DNA of 64,000 nt. Source: Eledone cirrhosa. Lineage: Eukaryota. Position numbers and translations under genes: made by a program. How positions within the stretch are numbered: the first letter of the stretch is position 1; each line of letters begins with the position of its first letter. The stretch lies in assembly GCA_964016885.1 (NCBI GenBank), contig OZ024740.1, forward strand, positions 54,064,001 to 54,128,000. Direction: 5' to 3'. The notes under the pieces are model-generated. The model worked only from the letters and a program-made list of their open reading frames with translations, was not told the DNA's origin and did not search any database. Shown piece after piece: positions 1 to 12,372 of this stretch.

Positions 1-440
1 GTGTGTTGTGTGTGTGTGTGCAGAGACAAGTTTCTTATATTTTAGTAACAAACATAAAATCGCTCAATACATGTTCTAAAAGTGTAATATAACTTAATTT
101 ATGTGAGATGAAAATGATTAACACACCCTAACGATGGTTTCGACCGGCTGCTCCTTCAAACGACCATAAAAGTAGTAGCGTGGAAAAGGAAGAATCTAAT
201 TCAGAATAGGTGGAGTAGAAATTCTAGCTCATCTGGTCAAGTATATGTTATAGATCGTCGGGTGTCGTCTATAAATATATCAAGTAGCCAGATGAGATAC
301 TTCAAGCCATCTTATCCGACGATTTAACAGTTACGCCAATTTACCTCGCTGGACTAGTCCATTATTTATCGAACCCAAAAAGAGTATAGGTGAATTGACC
401 GCTTCGTCTATGTGTCTGTGCGTATTTCTGTGTCTATGTA

Positions 441-601
<161 letters not shown>

Positions 602-800
602 GAACCAATTTAGAACCCCGACGGCTGAGCTCCGGCCGTTCGAAAAGCTAGATCTGAACTCAGTTCGCATCTATCAGCTGAAACGGCCTGAGCTCAGCCG
701 TCGGGGTCCTGAATTTATTCATATTACCCACTTTACTATCCCAAGTATCGAGTACTCTGGTGAGTAATGGTCTAACTGGTTTTTACCACCTCCAATCTGA
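602..800 (+). mobile_element. Family C fold-back PLE pseudo-LTR fragment between (TA)n tracts
   Basis: Inverted repeat accccgacggctgagctc...gagctcagccgtcggggt plus a 3' tail homologous to 2742-2980, 18056-18254 and 19899-20024; carries the hammerhead 3' half GAAA-CGGC...GCCG-TC. Confidence 0.7.
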
Positions 801-2363
801 TATACATATATATATATATGGGGTGGGATGGGGTCCACGTATGTACCTGTGTGTACCCTTGCGTGTGTGTATGTATGCGTGTGTGCGTTTGGATACCTTT
901 ATAGTTAAGGAAATGCTTCTCAGTTCATGGCATGTTGTTTTAAAATCTAGTCATTTTCTTCGACGCTTAACGTCATTGACGCCAATCATCTCCTTGAAAA
1001 TATTTAGCAATAGACAAGGAATATAGATTTATGGCATCGATCGAAGTTCTTTTGTAACACCAATCTTATTCTATTATAGGAAATCTCTATATTGCGATTA
1101 CAGATCTTCAAATTTTACAGGTCAGGTATTTACATCATGTATGCTAAGATGGCCTCTTAATGTTTCATGACATATATTGTTTTTTCCCCATCAAAATGAC
1201 ACTAAACTAAGTCATTCACATTAAAATAATTAATATTCCTGGAGCAGACTTTGATCAGTGTTTCTATGAAGGTTTATTCACTTTTAGAAAGGTTAGCGAA
1301 TTAAGGGAAATATTCTGATAAGACTTGGGGTATATCGCCTCCATTTGATCACGTGAAACCTCTATAGAAAGTTGTTTCTTTTTATTTTCCTTTTACAGCT
1401 TTAGCTTCACAATAATAACCCGCTCTGTGATGAAATAGCTCTTTCTTTAACAATAAACTAGTGATAAAAAATTTACTCCCAACTATGTATACAAATGAAT
1501 CCATATTGGTAATATTTTGCTTTATATATTGTTATTTGTAGAAAATATATTACTACAAACACGAAAATAAACATAGTATTCTGGTTAAAATCAAAATACT
1601 AATGTTAATATAATGGGTATAACATGTTACTTTACGAAATTTAAGAAAGTAATCTTCGCGCAACTTTAATTGATATGATGAGCGAGATGATGTTTATAAG
1701 GTTAATTATGATCTTGGTTCTCATATTCTTGACTAACGAGGATACTTTTCGAAGGGAAAATGTGAATGGAATAAAATTTAATGATAAATCAAACATTGTT
1801 TTTCGGACTACATGTCGCGTATAGATTTAATTAAAAAGGAAAGAGGATACGCATGTATCATGCATGGTTCAACGAGATCATGCATAACTACACATTTCAG
1901 AGGATCATATTTCACTGAACAGCAATAGCAAATACTGTCGTTGAGAACATTTTTGATGTAGGAAATATTGTCTATTGAAGAACGTTAATCTGCATGGAAT
2001 TCAAATTGTGCGTCTGCAGCGTATGATTATGATAACTTTTGATTGTGCAAAGTGGTTACGCCTGCATTTTTAAGTGAAATTCAAAGATGAAATATGCCAT
2101 TATAGTAAAATGGAACACCCTATTGAGATGCAGTTTGGGCCATTTGATAAATGTGTTTTCAAATCTCACCGAGGTCAACTCTGTTTTTCATCGAGGTCGA
2201 TAAAAAAGTAACAATCTAGTACTGGGGTCCATTTCTCTATATCTTTTCCTCATTTACTCTCTCTCACTTTCTATCTTTCTCTGGAAGAAATTTGCTGTAC
2301 TCAGGCCTAGAGATAGGATGAGCTCCACCAGGCTTAAAATGCCTGTATTATATGTATTATAAG

Positions 2364-2543
2364 GGCAGTATCGGTAGAGGGTCGGACGCCATGCTTTGAC
2401 GCATAGAGTTACGGCCCTTGTCATTCTGAGTTCAAATCCCGTCGAGGTTAACTTTGCCTTTCATCCTTACGGGTCGATAAAATAAAGTACCAGTAATGCA
2501 CTGGGTAATTGCTGGGCTTGTGCCAAAAAGAAGAAACAATTAT
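2364..2543 (+). mobile_element. tRNA-derived SINE (octopus-type, Nin-domain-like core)
   Basis: A-box-like GGCAGTATCGG, B-box GTTCAAATCC, core gttaactttgcctttcatcc...gtcgataaaataaagtaccagt; about 12 copies in the window. Confidence 0.85.
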
Positions 2544-2741
2544 ATCTATCATAAGCTTTCTGAAGAAGTGTGATGAATAATTAAATATTGTAGATTGAAC
2601 AATATATATTGTAGTCAGCAAGTGTAGACAATTACAATAAAAACAGAAACATATGTTAAAGCAAATAAATTTATAATATCCTTTCTCGCCGAAGCTTATA
2701 TTTTTCTTGGTGCTATATTTGCTTATATATATATATATATA

Positions 2742-2976
2742 ACGAAGGAGTTGTGGTAAGGATCCAGATGGACCATAACCCACCAGAGTATTAAATACTT
2801 AGGGTAGTAGAGTGGGTAATAGGAGAAAGTATAACCCCGACGGCAGAGCTCAAGCCGTTTCGACGGCTTTTTCTGGACTAAAGTAAGAGTTTTTTTTAGT
2901 CTGACTAAAAAGACTCTTACTTTAGTCCAGAAATAGCTGTCGAAACGGCTTGAGCTCTGCCGTCGGGATCATACTT

Positions 2977-2980
<4 letters not shown>
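2742..2980 (-). mobile_element. Family C fold-back PLE pseudo-LTR fragment in (TA)n
   Basis: About 75-bp inverted arms (~2823-2980) plus a one-sided extension 2742-2822; (TA)n on both sides. Confidence 0.75.
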
Positions 2981-3043
<63 letters not shown>

Positions 3044-3551
3044 TAAAGGAAGACCAAAGGTGTTAAATGTTTTAAGTCACCTTTTTTTATTCTACGTAAT
3101 TTACAATGACAAGTGGTAGTAATCTATAATTTCGATTGACCAATTAATTTCCTTCCGATTTTAAATGAGTTAATGCTGTTAATTCTTATATTAGACCTTT
3201 CATTTATATTTTTATTCTCGCTATGTTTATTATTAATATGTTTATTAATCCTAATGAGCTGAAGGGAGAAGTTATTTGGTTAATCGTAATTATAGATTAT
3301 AGATTATTGTCTCTTGTGAGTGAAACGTACGTAATATAAAACAAAAATGTTTTAAATACACAAAGCCTTTGATTTTCATTTAAATACATATTAATACCCT
3401 ATGATATCGATTATTTTCTGATCTCTCGAATCTTTCCTTGCATGTATTTGATCAACATGATTAATAAATATAACAACACATCGAGCTTCCCAACATCTTA
3501 TTTAGTGAAAACTAAGTGGACCTTTCAATCTATAAATCTTTGTATATATAT

Positions 3552-3957
3552 ATATAGAATAGAAAACGAAAATTCAGTGATGCATCTGAACTCAATTTAT
3601 TGTGTGTTACAATTGTTTCCCCGGCGGACAGCTCGAGACGCGATCATTGTGTGGATCTGTCTGATTCTGGACCCGCAGGTTCGACGGACACGTCTAATGA
3701 TTCCGGAGGATATTCTGTCATGTGAGAGAATATGCTCCGAAATCATTAGACCTGTCCGTCGAACCTGCGGGTCCAGAATCAGAGAGATCCACACAATCAA
3801 TGCGTCTCGAGCTGTCCGCCGGGGAAACAATTGTAACACACAATAAATTGAGTTCAGATGCATCACAGAATTTTCGTTTTTATTCTATCATACTCTGCTC
3901 TGTAAGAGCATAGAGTGCTCAACCGGCATACCGCTTATGGGACCATCATAGCTACCA

Positions 3958-3960
<3 letters not shown>
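3552..3960 (+). mobile_element. Family D fold-back element (~165-bp near-perfect arms) with hammerhead 3' half and AATAAA
   Basis: 3553-3715 is the reverse complement of ~3725-3888; contains GAAA-CAATTG-TA then ACACACAATAAA; one-sided extension to 3960; flanked by (TA)n and (CA)n. Confidence 0.75.
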
Positions 3961-4025
<65 letters not shown>

Positions 4026-4169
4026 TTGAGAGAGTTAAACAAGATTCAATGAGTACATCAAAGAATGAGTTTTACAGTAGATTGAAAGCACTCTACAATT
4101 TTATATTTTCCAGAGTTATTCATATTGAATTCCAATATTAATAAAATATATGTTCTTGTGATCAATTAA

Positions 4170-4235
4170 ATTTTATTATACATATTTCAGAGGTACTTGA
4201 GTCAAGTTCAATAGTACGTCCTCATCAGATACAAT
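4170..4235 (-). ncRNA. Type I hammerhead ribozyme motif
   Basis: Reverse complement: attgtat-CTGATGA-long stem II-GAAA-tatgta-TA-ataaaat. Confidence 0.65.
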
Positions 4236-4297
4236 AAAATGATACATGACATACCCTGACATGTTAAATGGTTAAAATTTAATCAAGGTAGTATTTT

Positions 4298-4363
4298 ATT
4301 TTATCTGATGAGGACGTACTATTGAACTTGATTCAAGTACCTCTGAAATATGTATAATCAAAT
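4298..4363 (+). ncRNA. Type I hammerhead ribozyme motif
   Basis: attttat-CTGATGA-GGACGTACTATTGAA...TTCAAGTACCTCT-GAAA-tatgta-TA-atcaaat. Confidence 0.65.
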
Positions 4364-4403
4364 TTAATTGATCACAAGAACATCTATTTTATTAATATTT
4401 GAA

Positions 4404-4446
<43 letters not shown>

Positions 4447-4449
<3 letters not shown>

Positions 4450-4885
4450 CGTTCCTGAATTTGTTTAGCAAGATTCTTTATCTGAAAACGCGTGTTGAAA
4501 CCGATATTGTTATACTTTGCGAGGGTCATGTTGCCAATAAGAAACAGACGCACCAGATGCTTTCACTTCAAATTATTATAAATTAAATTTATAAATTTAG
4601 GAATTTATAAATTTCCGGTTAAACACACACAAAAACAAGATGGCGTAGGACAGAACAAAAGAGAGGCACAAAAACAAAGAAAAGAATCCCCAGTCACTGA
4701 AGAGGTCACATAATGTGTGACGAAAGAACTTTGACAATATACGAACAATCGTCTGGTTGTGGAACTAACCAACCAACCGGAAATTTGTAAATTCCTAAAT
4801 TTATAAATTTAATTTATAATAAATTTAAGTGAAATCAACTGGTGCGTGTTTCTTATTGGCAACATGACCCTCCCAAAATATAACA

Positions 4886-4888
<3 letters not shown>
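4447..4888. mobile_element. Family B fold-back PLE pseudo-LTR (same family as the GIY-YIG relic at 18531-19333)
   Basis: 4447-4620 is an inverted copy of the element 3' end; 4621-4888 matches ~19025-19277; hammerhead-like gtca-CTGAAGA...GAAA...tgac at 4693-4735. Confidence 0.8.
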
Positions 4889-4919
<31 letters not shown>

Positions 4920-5141
4920 GACGGTTAAGTATTTCATCTTGATTCTATTTTGAGTTAAGATTCTATTGGTTTTTTCCCCAACTTACACAAAGTCTGAGGA
5001 TGAAATTTTTCTTCTTGACTTGTTTTGAATTAGGATTGATTTATTCTCCCATATGTTACGTTTAATATTTTTCATCTTGATGTTATAGTCACTTATATGT
5101 CTGAATTACTCTCAGCTTCTTGCTTACATTAATTTCTCTAT

Positions 5142-5340
<199 letters not shown>

Positions 5341-5454
5341 TGATGGTAGCTAAGAGGCCAGAATATATATATATATATAAATATATATAATCTGGCCGAG
5401 ATTACACACACAAATAAGAAGAAGCAGGGCGACCCCTAGGAGCATTGGATTTGG

Positions 5455-5858
5455 TGTACTTCATATTTGTTTCGGTTGCTGAATACAATCAGCGGTCGCT
5501 GCATCTTCTGAAGGTCAATAGTTGTCTTCTAACTCGAGCGCGATCGCCTTTCCATTGATCATCTGCAAAGACGCATTGTTCTCAGAACCACTACACCAAC
5601 CCTTCGATGCGTGCAACTTGGAACTACTACCACCCATTGATTTAGCAGGATTTTTCTTCTTTTTTTTACATGGCCGTTGACACTTATGAGTTCTTCCGCC
5701 CTTTGTTAGGTTTTGCTTTTGTCGTGCAGGGTGTCCAAAATCACCCTCCTCGCCAAGCAAACTTGGTGGGGTTGCCGGTTTAGTCGCCGACGATCCGAAC
5801 ATGCGACAGGCTCTACTGGGTTATATGCTACCATTAGCACTCAAGAGTGACCTGACAA
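5455..5858 (-). mobile_element. 5' region of an RTE-like LINE (inverted homologue of 26639-26800)
   Basis: Shares tgtcaggtcac...ggcgactaaac(c/t)ggcaaccccaccaag...gaggagggtga...ggaca(c/t)cctgca with 26639-26775. Confidence 0.55.
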
Positions 5859-5889
5859 TTATATATATGTATATATATATATATATATA

Positions 5890-6064
5890 CAGTGAAATTC
5901 CGTTATAACGAAATTCACGGGATATAAAAAAATTCGTTGTAACGAAATATTCTCTATAACGATATCGACCGAAACACATCGAACGTGTGACCGGGTATTG
6001 AAAAACATTTCGTTCTACTGAAAAATTCGTTATATTGGTATTCGTTATAACGGAATTTTACCTG
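5890..6064. mobile_element. Tc1/mariner-pogo-type MITE
   Basis: TA|CAGTGAAATTCCGTTATAACGAA ... TTCGTTATAACGGAATTTTACCTG|TA terminal inverted repeats; internal TAACGA repeats. Confidence 0.8.
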
Positions 6065-6414
6065 TATGTATATATATATATATATATATGAGTGTGTCTG
6101 TGTGTGGGGGAGACATATCGTTTGTATTTGCAGTTCAGGCTTATGATACGAAGAAATCATATATATAAATGCATGTTCAATCACATACAATTAGAAAACA
6201 ATATTGAGAAATAAACAATTTGTTTAATTGATTAGGATAACAATAAAATGATGCATGTTGAATAAAACGAAATATAAAATCTGACAATAGGATAAAGTGT
6301 ATTTTAACCCATTTCAGAACAAATACCAAAGACAGCATAGTAGAACTAAACGTTCCTTGGCTGATATGCCTTTGATATGTTTGTTAAGTGTTATTGGGTT
6401 CATTATTAATAATG

Positions 6415-6603
6415 TGCGGTGGATTGGCAATATCGGTGGAGGGTGTGACACCATGCTTTGCAGCAAAGAGTTACGGCTCTTTATGGTCTGAGTTCAAATT
6501 CCGTGAGGTTAACTTTGCCTTTCATCCTTACGGGGTCGATAAAATAAAGTACGAGTAATGCACTGGGTAATTGCTGGCCTTGTGCCAAAAGTAGAAACAA
6601 TTA
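6415..6603 (+). mobile_element. tRNA-derived SINE copy
   Basis: Homologous to 2364-2543 over its full length. Confidence 0.85.
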
Positions 6604-7856
6604 TTAATAATATAATTTATAAAATAATTACGAATTAAATCTGATATATTGATAGTTGTATTATATTTTTTCTATTTCCTCTCTTTGAACTCTCTTATCG
6701 TCGGATGTTTCTATTACATTCCGATTTACCTGATAACTCGAACAATCACTTTCTCACTCATGACTCCTTTCGGCTACTGGTTTACCCATTTGCTCACTAA
6801 TACACTCCCTTGCTCACTGACTTTCTTCCCAATCTAACAACAATCCGCCCGCACGGCATGCAACCACGATTATAAATCAACACAGGAGTCGATTGAGAGA
6901 TAATCTGGTGGGTTTTCTTTGTGACAGAACATTCCCTTGACAGATATTTAGATAATTGTCGCAATGACACCCTTTTTTATTCTTATTGACAATGCTAGTC
7001 TCATAATTTTCTCCACACCGTGTTAACATGTTAACAAGTCAACAGCGACGCAGACGTCGGGTCGTTGACAGGCTATGTGATGCGTCTGTTGCTATGACAG
7101 TATCAACTATAGATGACTGTTCTCTATCTATTTCCTCTGTATCATTCACATCTCTTGCCGATCACCAACCAGCAGCTCACACAATTTCATCGTAGATAGT
7201 TTCAACAAAACGTCTCGACAACCACGACAAATGACTTAATTAACGAAAAGATTTGAAAACACAGTGAGTTAAAATTAAAGAAAACAATGACATATGGCAA
7301 CCCCGCATTTCTCGCTTGTTCATATACGTCCTAGTGAGCTGGAGAGAAACGAAAAGGAGGCTAGCAAGGTTTATAACTGTCACTGTCTGCTTATGCAAGT
7401 GCAAGTGTGTGCTTGTCCGCGCGGGCGTGCGTATATATATTTATGTATGTTTCTATATAAGTGTGTATATGTACGTATGCGTACGTGTCTGTCTATATGT
7501 GTGTAGCATTGGATGCTGCTGGAGGCGATTGAAAATGCGGCCATTGGTAGTACAATATTAAGAAGAAATGAAGGCAAATTAGAACGCACCTGGGGAGATT
7601 GGGCATCAAATATAGGAGATAGAGATTCTGACCACCAACAGTCTTTTCATTAACCTTGTTTTGTTGGCTCTTAATGTAACATCTAACCATAGAATGTAAT
7701 AACATTAATTCTGCTCGGCGCATCATGCTTTTATTCATCATATTAATTCATTGGAATTTAAAATAAATTTTCGGAGTTGTATTTGTTGGTTTGACACAGT
7801 GTGATGAAAGTGAAGCAATTACATCGTGTAAGAACGATATTAGCAATTAAAACACA

Positions 7857-8428
<572 letters not shown>

Positions 8429-8825
8429 GAAGAAAACGACAAACAGAAGTACAACAATTCTTATTAGTTTCACGCTATGTATGGAAAAGAGGAAAGAAAT
8501 TTCGACGTGTCGGGTTTTAGACCTTTTCCAAGAGTACAAAAATAGTGATAGATAGAGAAGACAAAAGGTAGTGCAAGTGAAAAAAAATCAAACAAAATCA
8601 AAAACGACCAAAATAAAACGAGTAAACAGGACAAACCGTTAGGTACTCTTAGTAAGGATTTTGGAGCGAAGGTGGAGTGTGTGTATTATTGACGATGTTA
8701 TGTGTGAATGTATGTGTATGTTTCTATCTATAACTGATATAACTATTTATCATTAAATTTGCGGAATCATCATTTAGACGCTTCTCTGCAATCTTGTTGC
8801 ACGGGTATTATTTCAATATCCCCTC

Positions 8826-8926
8826 CAGGTTAACTTTGCCTTTCATCCTCTACAGGGTCGATAAAATAAAGCACCAGTAATGAACTGGGATAACAATTGG
8901 CTTTGTGCCAAAAGTAGAAACAATTA
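8826..8926 (+). mobile_element. 5'-truncated SINE copy
   Basis: ggttaactttgcctttcatcc...gtcgataaaataaagcaccagtaatg...tgtgccaaaagtagaaacaatta. Confidence 0.75.
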
Positions 8927-9535
8927 TTTCAGTAAGAAAGTCACAACAAATATGTTGACACAAAACAAAGATTTAAAAAAAACCCGCCAATATAACGGTT
9001 TGCACTGGAAAAGCCACTCCAGCTCGCGAGGCACACACCTGCGGCTGGCTAGCTCAGCGCCTATGGTGGTGAGTAGGTGTCAGCCGGGGCTGTGGGGAGG
9101 CCCCCAATAGGATTGACTGACTTGTTATTTGATCAGTCAAATGTTTTTAGGCATCACTTACCAGATTCCTTTTGAATCCCAATCTCAGGAGTTAAGACAA
9201 TACAAGTATACAGGGGTAAAGAAATATAGTAAAATAACGGTTTATGTGGGATTTTTAAATGGCAAAAATAGCTATGAGAGGATGCAATTCCATGTAAATC
9301 CATTGATTCTCTTTACTGAAATATTTACATTTAATCTAATACGTGTGCGGTTCAAAGAGAGAATTTCAACCATTCTGCTGTAGAAACAGAAGCCGAAACT
9401 TCAAAATCTCCCTCGTATCAAATATTACCTGAAGAAAATAAAACAAAACAGATAATAATTATCTATTTAGTCAAAGGTGGACATGAGCAAAACAGCAACA
9501 AAACATATATGAGAACAAATACAATATACTTTTCT

Positions 9536-9577
<42 letters not shown>

Positions 9578-9581
9578 GATA

Positions 9582-9631
<50 letters not shown>

Positions 9632-9716
9632 TATATATTCCGGAATATTGCTTTATTCTTCATTTCTCTACAAAAAACTGTATATGATTATATTATCAAC
9701 TCACCTAAATCTCCCC

Positions 9717-9780
<64 letters not shown>

Positions 9781-10018
9781 ACTCTCTCTCTCTCTATATA
9801 TATATATGTGTGTGTGTGTGAATGAAGTGATTCCGTCGGAAAGGTCCAGGAAATAAGAGTGCTCTATGTAGGTTACAGAGCTTATTAGTTATGTAATAAA
9901 GACACCAGGATTTTTTCATTCTGATGAATGAAAGCAATTTTAGTTGCTTTCAAGAAACCACTGGTAAATGAAATAATTATCTTATGTTGTTTATTACATA
10001 ACTATATATATATATATA

Positions 10019-10481
10019 AAAGAAATAGGATTTCGCTTCAAGCATAGCTTTATACAATATGTATAAATATTTCGTATCTCCAAGGAAATACGGTTTTAGG
10101 AAGCCGTAGCTATGCAAACACAGGGGGGCTAACGCCCTCTGGTGATGTCCAGCAGAAGCAAGGGGGACAACCGTCTATGCATTTCAGGCTTAACTGGCCT
10201 TCGTCAGGACGGCCCCTACCAGAAGGTAATATCCGTAGCGGTAGAGCACTCTGTCTATGGGACGTGTTTGGTAGAAGTAGTAATACAACAGTTAGTTCAG
10301 CATACAGAGAACAATGGTTTCACCTTATGCGGATCGACCAGTCCGAGCTGAAGATCCGCATGAGGTGAAACAATTGTTCTAGAATGAAGAGTAACATGGT
10401 TGGCTGTACAACAAGGGGCTTTATTTCAGGTATTAACGAAGTTGCGTCACTCGATCTGCATTATCTACTTCTGACCAAATG
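10019..10481. mobile_element. Composite insertion in (TA)n carrying two different, divergently oriented hammerhead/pLTR segments
   Basis: Canonical hammerhead on the minus strand (10171-10212); hammerhead-like CTGAAGA...GAAA-CAATTG-TT on the plus strand (~10346-10384) inside a local hairpin; TA flanks. Confidence 0.6.
10171..10212 (-). ncRNA. Minimal type I hammerhead ribozyme (canonical core)
   Basis: Reverse complement: CCGTC-CTGACGA-AGGC cagttaa GCCT-GAAA-TGCA-TA-GACGG; 5-bp stem I, 4-bp stem II, palindromic stem III ATGCAT, AUA cleavage triplet. Confidence 0.85.
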
Positions 10482-11056
10482 TATATATATATACATATAT
10501 ATCTGTTAGACACGCAGTGACTAACAACAGAATGTTTTAAGTCTGCGTGTCTTGATGCGTGTGTGTGACATGATTTGATGATGACATTGATTGTTTACAT
10601 ACATGCGTAGCTTGCGAATAAAAATTTCAAGGGGTAACGCTGGCCGTGGTGATGCCTCCCAAACATCTTTTGTAATGTATCGTCTTATTGGCTAATTTCA
10701 TCGTTTTATTGGCTAATCAACCAACGAGAATAATTGTTGCTCAAAAGCATCCACCACTTTGTTTGCACGTTTATTTATCGTTTCGCTTTCGAATCTTCTT
10801 CCAGTATTTCGTCGTTTTATCATCAACATATTCTTCTCGTTTTGGTAAATTATATTGTTAATTTATATATGATTTTTTAAATTTATATTAACTATTAAAA
10901 GTCTGAAAATGTTTTATACATCTTACAATAATGTTTATAAGGTCATTTATAAACTAACAATTATATAATCTAATTACATTACAACGATAATTTATTATTA
11001 ATATATATCATGTTTAACTAGAGTTATTACAAGCGTTGCCTTAAAAAAATATTAAA

Positions 11057-11500
11057 CTAGACCTGAAAAATGCGCAAGCTCAAAAGAGCCACAGAATTTT
11101 ATAATAAACCTTCAAAAGTGTGGGACTAGAGTTGTTGCTCAAAAATATTGTAATCATTATCTATCGTACACACTGTGGCATCCTCTTATAAAAAAGAGAC
11201 TCATAACAAACTCAAGACGACACGATAATTATTTAAGTGAATATATAATATAGAATTCGGTTTAAATGTATTTCGTATTAATCATTACTAAACATCTAAT
11301 ATGAGATATTGAACATTAGCTTGAATAATTATCATGTCGTCTTGAGTTCGTTATGAGTCTCTTTTTTATAAAAGGATGCCACAGAGTGTACGATAGATAA
11401 TGATTACAATATTTTTGAGCAACAACTCTAGTCCCACACTTTTGAAGGTTTATTATACCATTGTGTGGCTCTTTTGAGCTTGCGCATTTTTCAGGTCTAG

Positions 11501-11501
<1 letters not shown>
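11057..11501. mobile_element. MITE/fold-back DNA element with ~180-bp terminal inverted repeats
   Basis: actagacctgaaaaatgcgcaagctc...(to ~11237) is inverted at ~11320-11501 (...gagcttgcgcatttttcaggtctagt); symmetric ends, no hammerhead motif. Confidence 0.8.
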
Positions 11502-11588
<87 letters not shown>

Positions 11589-12372
11589 TGCATGTGAGTG
11601 AGTGTTTGTATAGGATAAATAAGTAATAGAATTTGTCCATATATATTATATTACAAACAAAACAGTTTTCAAATTTGAGTATTTTAAAATATTTTCCATA
11701 TCTCTTTAGTAAATCTTTATATTTGGTTTTTAAAAAGAGTATTTTAAAATTCATTCTTCCTATAAATTATCTTTATAATTAGAGCGGTTGTATGAGTGGC
11801 TTATAATTAGAATATGATAAATTATAAGAAAACATAGAGATTGCATTATCGTGGCAAAATAACGAATTAAGGACTAGTCATGTTATTGTCATACTGACCG
11901 TCATATAGAAATGTGTTAAGTGTACACGTATCTGTGGAATGCTCAGTTAACTGCACAGACAGACTGTTTGTATGATTGCAAATCTAGGACTCTCGTCGTG
12001 CGAACCTATGACAGATCAATACCTATATGTGTGTACATAGGTGCGACTATATGCGTGTCTGTTTGTATAAATAGATGTATAAAATAGTCACACACGCCTA
12101 TCTATCTATCTATCTATCTATCTATATATCTATCTATCTATTAATCTAGCTGTCGTCTGTTCTACAGTGTGGATGTCATTCACTTCGCACAGAAGTTTTG
12201 TTCAAATTTATTGAGGAAATTTTGTGAGTTCAAACTTAATTTTGATACAATTGTGTAGCTTGACCCTCCGTCTGAACTGTCAGGCGGTGGGTCAGCTCAT
12301 CTTTACCCCTCCTAGAGGTGAAAAACCTGTTTTAAAAAATTTTGTGTAAAAAATTTCAATCGTCTAACAGAA

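Larger units (their letters stand above)
4026..4410 (-). mobile_element. Family H fold-back PLE pseudo-LTR with two opposed hammerhead motifs
   Basis: Arms ~4122-4240 and ~4293-4410 are inverted; extension 4026-4121; TA flanks. Confidence 0.75.

Noticed and set aside
2364-2450. tRNA genes at SINE heads
   Set aside because: A/B boxes are present but there is no cloverleaf, and they continue into the SINE body.
8429-8700. Possible further PLE 3' end (minus) with a degenerate hammerhead near 8503-8535
   Set aside because: Core has several mismatches and there is no second copy in the window.
11014-11041. Helitron-like 3' end on the minus strand (gcaacgc...ctctag)
   Set aside because: Hairpin is degenerate and no matching 5' end was found.
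11057-11501. Possible member of the PLE fold-back class
   Set aside because: Ends are symmetric, there is no hammerhead and only one side has (TA)n; better explained as a MITE.
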